A DNA stretch of 64,000 nt from a virus: positions 1 to 64,000 of the IMG/VR virus record IMGVR_UViG_3300029309_000010, one strand, 5' to 3'. Positions 60,714 through 64,000 of the stretch are shown piece after piece. Each line of letters starts with the position of its first letter. Within the stretch, counting starts at the first letter, position 1. The notes under the pieces are model-generated. The model searched no databases. It was not told the DNA's origin and saw only the letters and a program-made list of their open reading frames with translations. Made by a program: the position numbers and the translations under genes.

Positions 60714-60832
60714 ACTTAAGTTCTAAAACCGCATCTTTTACTATAGGCTGTCAAGTCAAATATTTGGCTATTTGCTATTTGTTGTTCTAACCTGCAACCT
60801 GAATTAAAAATGATTTTTTAATGAAAAAAATG

Positions 60833-60860
60833 TTGCGTAGTCTGCGGTTCTGGCTATACT
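60833..60860 (+). promoter_or_regulatory. Early promoter (leaderless)
   Basis: TTGCGT-16-TATACT-6 nt-ATG(60867). Confidence 0.75.
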
Positions 60861-60866
60861 GTGGAC

Positions 60867-61076
60867 ATGACAGTTGATCAGGCACTAGCCAAACTAATGA
60901 AAGCAGAAGCTGCACTTGAGGTTGAGCGCAATAAGCACAACGCCCTTCGGATGGACATATCGGGAGTGCAAGGCCAGCTCAGTGTTGTTACTATGTTCTG
61001 CAAGGACGAGTCTGCTAAGTCAGACCTAAATGACTCCATCAAGAAAATCCAAACTGCATTAAACAATGATCAATAG
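60867..61076 (+). CDS. Early coiled-coil hypothetical protein
   Basis: Start moved to ATG 60867 by promoter geometry. Confidence 0.7.
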   Translation: MTVDQALAKLMKAEAALEVERNKHNALRMDISGVQGQLSVVTMFCKDESAKSDLNDSIKKIQTALNNDQ

Positions 61077-61257
61077 AATAGACCAGATTCTCTCGAATCT
61101 CCAGTGCGCCGCCGTCGATGGTGGCTTTAGCCTGTCCGTCAAAGACGGGGAAATCGTTGCCAAGGATCTGATCTCTGAGCAGCCTCTTGAGTTTATCGTC
61201 CGCTTCACTGGGGACGACATCTCTGATGTATCAGTAAAACCACTAACAAAAAAGTAA
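61066..61257 (+). CDS. Hypothetical protein
   Basis: Overlaps the previous gene; operon. Confidence 0.65.
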   Translation: MINRIDQILSNLQCAAVDGGFSLSVKDGEIVAKDLISEQPLEFIVRFTGDDISDVSVKPLTKK

Positions 61258-61258
61258 C

Positions 61259-61651
61259 ATGGGACTCGACCAATACGCCTACAAAGTAAAGCGCAAGTAT
61301 GCGCCTACCACTAAGACTTCAACCGTAAGAACTACAGAGTTCTTTTACTGGCGCAAGCACAACGCCTTGCACGGTTGGATGGAGAATCTATACAACGGAA
61401 AAAAACTAGAGGATGGCATCAACATAGACAGCGATGACTTCAATGGTGTCGCTGTTAAGCTGGAGGAGAAAGACTTGGATAAGCTGGAGCAGGATGTCAT
61501 GACCTTCAACTTGCCTCAGACCGCAGGTTTCTTTTTCGGTCGTGACAGTGTGGGTGATGAATACCAGAAAGAGCAGACTCTTGAGTTTCTCAAGAAAGCT
61601 AGGAAAGCACTTGCCGAGGGTTTCGAGGTTGAGTATAACAGTTGGTGGTAA
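61259..61651 (+). CDS. Conserved phage hypothetical (MGLD...YWRK.N family)
   Basis: MGLDQY, YWRKHNALHGW, LP...GFFFG, Y.SWW pattern common in phage early regions. Confidence 0.75.
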   Translation: MGLDQYAYKVKRKYAPTTKTSTVRTTEFFYWRKHNALHGWMENLYNGKKLEDGINIDSDDFNGVAVKLEEKDLDKLEQDVMTFNLPQTAGFFFGRDSVGDEYQKEQTLEFLKKARKALAEGFEVEYNSWW

Positions 61652-61827
61652 TGGAATCATTCAAAGTATACTTAAAAGAAGTCCACTGGCAGGAGGTGCA
61701 TGTTCACGCTACCAGTAGACAAGATGCAGTAAAACGTGCGCGTGATGGGGAGGGTGACTATGTTGGTGCTACAACATACGACCACACAATCGAAACAATA
61801 AGTGAACACAGGGTAGAAGAACTGTAG
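61651..61827 (+). CDS. Small hypothetical protein (DpnD/PcfM-like pattern)
   Basis: TAATG-coupled start; FKV.L.E....V.V.A.S..DA. Confidence 0.55.
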   Translation: MESFKVYLKEVHWQEVHVHATSRQDAVKRARDGEGDYVGATTYDHTIETISEHRVEEL

Positions 61828-61854
61828 AAACTCTCAACATCACTTTGACAAAAG

Positions 61855-62109
61855 ATGGAAAACCAATACAGTAGTATAACAAAGCAGGTAATCAGGTTCG
61901 GCCCAACCGACGAATTCCCCTTCCTCTTAAACTTAACTATAACTTCTAATGACAAGCGCACTTGTTCTTTTACTGTTCATACTTTGCAGTCCGATGATAC
62001 GTGGTCTGCTGCACTTCCCCAATGGCTCTTCACTGAGGCAAAGCAGAAAGAAATCAGGCTTCTGCTTAATCAGCTATGTCAGAAACATGCTCTGAAAAAG
62101 TTCTCGTAA
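61855..62109 (+). CDS. Hypothetical protein
   Basis: Stop codon inside repeat copy 3. Confidence 0.6.
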   Translation: MENQYSSITKQVIRFGPTDEFPFLLNLTITSNDKRTCSFTVHTLQSDDTWSAALPQWLFTEAKQKEIRLLLNQLCQKHALKKFS

Positions 62110-62183
62110 CTCACTGATACTTAGTGGGTTACGAGGCGGGGGCGGCGCCGCCCTCCTAACTCGCTGATACTCAACGAGTTATG
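62105..62183. repeat. 79-bp double-palindrome element, copy 3
   Basis: CGTAACTCACTGATACTTAGTGGGTTACG + 21 bp + CCTAACTCGCTGATACTCAACGAGTTATG. Confidence 0.9.
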
Positions 62184-62210
62184 AAAGTGAAAAAAAAAGA
62201 AAGAAAACGC

Positions 62211-62238
62211 TTGCACGGTTAGCTGACTGTGTTACTTT
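62211..62238 (+). promoter_or_regulatory. Early promoter (leaderless)
   Basis: TTGCAC-16-TACTTT-6 nt-ATG. Confidence 0.7.
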
Positions 62239-62244
62239 CCCCAC

Positions 62245-62469
62245 ATGACAGATCTACATGACTTCATCACCGTCCGCCCCGAAGAACTCATCGACTCCCT
62301 CGCGGACGGCCCCCGCGAAGGGCAGTTCAACCCGTCACCCGAGGAGGTGCAGGAGTTGTTCGCGCAGATTCACGCGGAGGAGCACCCCACCCAGTTCTCG
62401 ACTGACGATGACGAGCGCGACGAGATACCGATGCTCAACACGGAACTTGCAAAAAGATTCGTTCCGTAA
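62245..62469 (+). CDS. Early acidic hypothetical protein
   Basis: Promoter geometry; stop codon inside repeat copy 4. Confidence 0.75.
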   Translation: MTDLHDFITVRPEELIDSLADGPREGQFNPSPEEVQELFAQIHAEEHPTQFSTDDDERDEIPMLNTELAKRFVP

Positions 62470-62543
62470 GTGATTAATACTCAAGGGGTTACGAGCCGCG
62501 CCCCGCCGCCCCCTCGTAACTCCTTGATACTCAAGGGGTTACG
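62465..62543. repeat. 79-bp double-palindrome element, copy 4
   Basis: CGTAAGTGATTAATACTCAAGGGGTTACG + 21 bp + CGTAACTCCTTGATACTCAAGGGGTTACG. Confidence 0.9.
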
Positions 62544-62680
62544 ACTGAATAAAAAATAATAAAAAAGGTTTGCAGATCAGGCGTCTTGTGATAGTCTATT
62601 TGCAAGTTAGCTATTTGCTATTAGACCATATATCCTGTAACCTATGATCAAAAAAATGTTCAGATTCAGCAGAAAACCTC

Positions 62681-62708
62681 TTGCACTCACTGCAAAACCT
62701 GTTAAAAT
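62681..62708 (+). promoter_or_regulatory. Early promoter (leaderless)
   Basis: TTGCAC-16-TAAAAT-7 nt-ATG(62716). Confidence 0.7.
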
Positions 62709-62715
62709 CACACCC

Positions 62716-63009
62716 ATGCAACCAACCAATCTTACTAACGTAATCGTGGATGCTAACCAGCAGTTACCAAGCAATCCAGTTCACCTTGCCTCTGAGCTTA
62801 CAGGCAAGACCGTTTCCTACACTAACAAAGAGAAATCTTCTGTTGTGTCTGGCAAAACCAGAGTCTTCAAGATCAAAGCAGTTGAGGACATCACCGTCTC
62901 CAAAACCACGGGCAACGAGTATGTAACCGTGCAGGTCCAAGACTTGGACGATGGAGGCACCGTCAAGCATCGGAATCTCCTTGTGCAAGGAATCGACGTT
63001 GTTGTATAA
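62716..63009 (+). CDS. Early hypothetical protein (beta-rich)
   Basis: Start moved to ATG 62716 (MQPTN) by promoter geometry. Confidence 0.7.
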   Translation: MQPTNLTNVIVDANQQLPSNPVHLASELTGKTVSYTNKEKSSVVSGKTRVFKIKAVEDITVSKTTGNEYVTVQVQDLDDGGTVKHRNLLVQGIDVVV

Positions 63010-63026
63010 TTCTACCAAACAAAACT

Positions 63027-63251
63027 ATGGCATCTAAAACCAAAACAGAAACCGTTAGGATCGAAGTGAGAAACTCCGATCAAGCCGCCCTTGTAAGCTA
63101 TGGCCTCGGCCTAGTCCATCAGGAACTCTCTACCAAGCTAGTGGATGTGGCAGATGATAAGCTCGACACCTTTGTTGGGAACATCAAGTATCTTCGCAAG
63201 AATGCTAATCACTTAAACGAAAAGTTTTCTCTCCCCGTGAACGATCAATAA
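63027..63251 (+). CDS. Hypothetical protein
   Basis: Co-oriented; A-rich upstream. Confidence 0.7.
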   Translation: MASKTKTETVRIEVRNSDQAALVSYGLGLVHQELSTKLVDVADDKLDTFVGNIKYLRKNANHLNEKFSLPVNDQ

Positions 63252-63418
63252 TTTCTAGAAACCTCCCCTCCTGTTCTCTCTGATGGGTAGGTGGTTGTAA
63301 AACACAGTGAGGCTTTTAGCGGTGGGCGTATAACCGTAGGCTTAACGTAAGAGTAGCCGCCCCTCTCCCACTTTTCTAGACAGTGGGTGAGGGAACCACT
63401 TTCTGCATGGTGCTAACT

Positions 63419-63461
63419 GCCCCGTCCCCTATGTTTGCTCATGTTAGGGGGCGGGGTTTTT
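63419..63461 (+). terminator. GC hairpin with T tract before the tRNA
   Basis: GCCCCGTCCCCTA...TAGGGGGCGGGGT followed by TTTT. Confidence 0.55.
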
Positions 63462-63534
63462 GGGAGTGTAGCTCAATGGTTAGAGCACACGACTCATAAT
63501 CGTTAGGTTGCGGGTTCGAGTCCCGCCGCTCCCA
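63462..63534 (+). tRNA. tRNA with CAT anticodon (Ile2-like or elongator Met)
   Basis: Acceptor GGGAGTG/CGCTCCC, D arm GCTC/GAGC, loop CTCATAA, T arm GCGGG-TTCGAGT-CCCGC; no encoded CCA. Confidence 0.9.
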
Positions 63535-63611
63535 TAACTCACTAAGCCTCAAGGAGTTACGAGTCGCGCCCCGCCCCGCCCTCGTAACTCGTTGATACTC
63601 AACGACTTACG
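63533..63611. repeat. 79-bp double-palindrome element, copy 5
   Basis: CATAACTCACTAAGCCTCAAGGAGTTACG + 21 bp + CGTAACTCGTTGATACTCAACGACTTACG. Confidence 0.9.
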
Positions 63612-63646
63612 ACTGAAAAAAAAAGAAAGAAAAAGGCAAAATAGGG

Positions 63647-63674
63647 TTGCATCAAATCTCTCATGTGATACTCT
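63647..63674 (+). promoter_or_regulatory. Early promoter (leaderless)
   Basis: TTGCAT-16-TACTCT-6 nt-ATG. Confidence 0.7.
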
Positions 63675-63680
63675 CCTCCC

Positions 63681-64000
63681 ATGCTGATACTAGCTAAGAA
63701 CAAAGTTGATACCGAGCAGCTCGCAGAAGTTACCACCCCGTCTGCAACGGACACTCACACTCCAATCCCTCACGCGCTCCTCGCGGATCGCACTCGCACC
63801 GTCATTGATGCGGCTGGTTTGGAGATCGTCGAAGAGGAACACGCGATTGCGCGTGGTGGTCTTCGCTACTTTGGTGGCTTCGCCCTCAAGGGTGAGGCCA
63901 TCGACGGAGATGACCGCAAGCTGGTGCTTGGTCTCCGCAACGCGCACGACAAGTCTTTTGCGGCTTCCGTGTGCATCGGCAACCAGATGATGGTCTGCGA
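63681..64000 (+). CDS. DUF932-like protein (partial, runs off window; not in ORF track)
   Basis: Hand translation MLILAKNKVDTEQL...TDTHTPIPH...RYFG...LGLRNAHDKSFA...MMVC matches the DUF932-type RN.HD/VC pattern. Confidence 0.75.
   Translation, partial: MLILAKNKVDTEQLAEVTTPSATDTHTPIPHALLADRTRTVIDAAGLEIVEEEHAIARGGLRYFGGFALKGEAIDGDDRKLVLGLRNAHDKSFAASVCIGNQMMVC

Noticed and set aside
60290-63611. 79-bp elements as a CRISPR array
   Set aside because: Repeats occur only in pairs; the 21-bp spacers resemble each other; pairs are separated by whole genes; no cas operon.
60290-63611. A bona fide integron
   Set aside because: No IntI in the window, cassettes carry their own promoters, and the double-palindrome layout differs from attC. 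Kept only as an analogy.
59560-63635. Poly-A tracts as phase-variation sites
   Set aside because: They are intergenic and consistently just upstream of -35 boxes, so UP elements explain them better.
63690-63990. Track ORFs 63690-63947(-) and 63706-63990(+)
   Set aside because: The promoter-linked frame starting at 63681 encodes a recognisable DUF932-like protein.
1-64000. Stop-codon reassignment
   Set aside because: Conserved genes are full length in the standard code, and TAA, TAG and TGA all end genes.

Overview
The window is part of a large tailed dsDNA bacteriophage genome, probably siphovirus-like (tail tube and a 1632-aa tape measure, no sheath seen), and reads in the standard genetic code. 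Bases 1-59.1 kb are AT-rich. They carry, in order: a ClpA/C-like ATPase; a replication module (split DnaE with separate PHP and DEDDh genes, PD-(D/E)xK nuclease, DnaG, DnaB, RecA-like); a glycan cluster (gmd, FkbM methyltransferase, about 7 glycosyltransferases in two clusters); class I RNR; a sigma-like factor, Hsp20, SSB-like and SSAP-like genes; the tail/head/portal/terminase module; a second sigma-like factor; and PhoH. At about 59.15 kb the composition switches abruptly to GC-richer sequence and the strand flips, giving a presumed early region of small genes and a tRNA(CAT). Four patterns stand out. (1) Five copies of a rigid 79-bp element (29-bp palindrome, 21-bp GC spacer, 29-bp palindrome) delimit promoter+gene cassettes and often supply the upstream gene's stop codon. 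(2) Promoter geometry across the window (-35, 16/17 nt, -10, 5-7 nt, start codon) implies leaderless mRNAs. (3) A GTGTAA motif lies just upstream of many late genes. (4) Ser/Thr-Gly dipeptides are strongly enriched in a subset of tail proteins of a phage rich in glycosyltransferases, suggesting a virion glycosylation system. All functional calls come from reading motifs by eye; no database searches were run.
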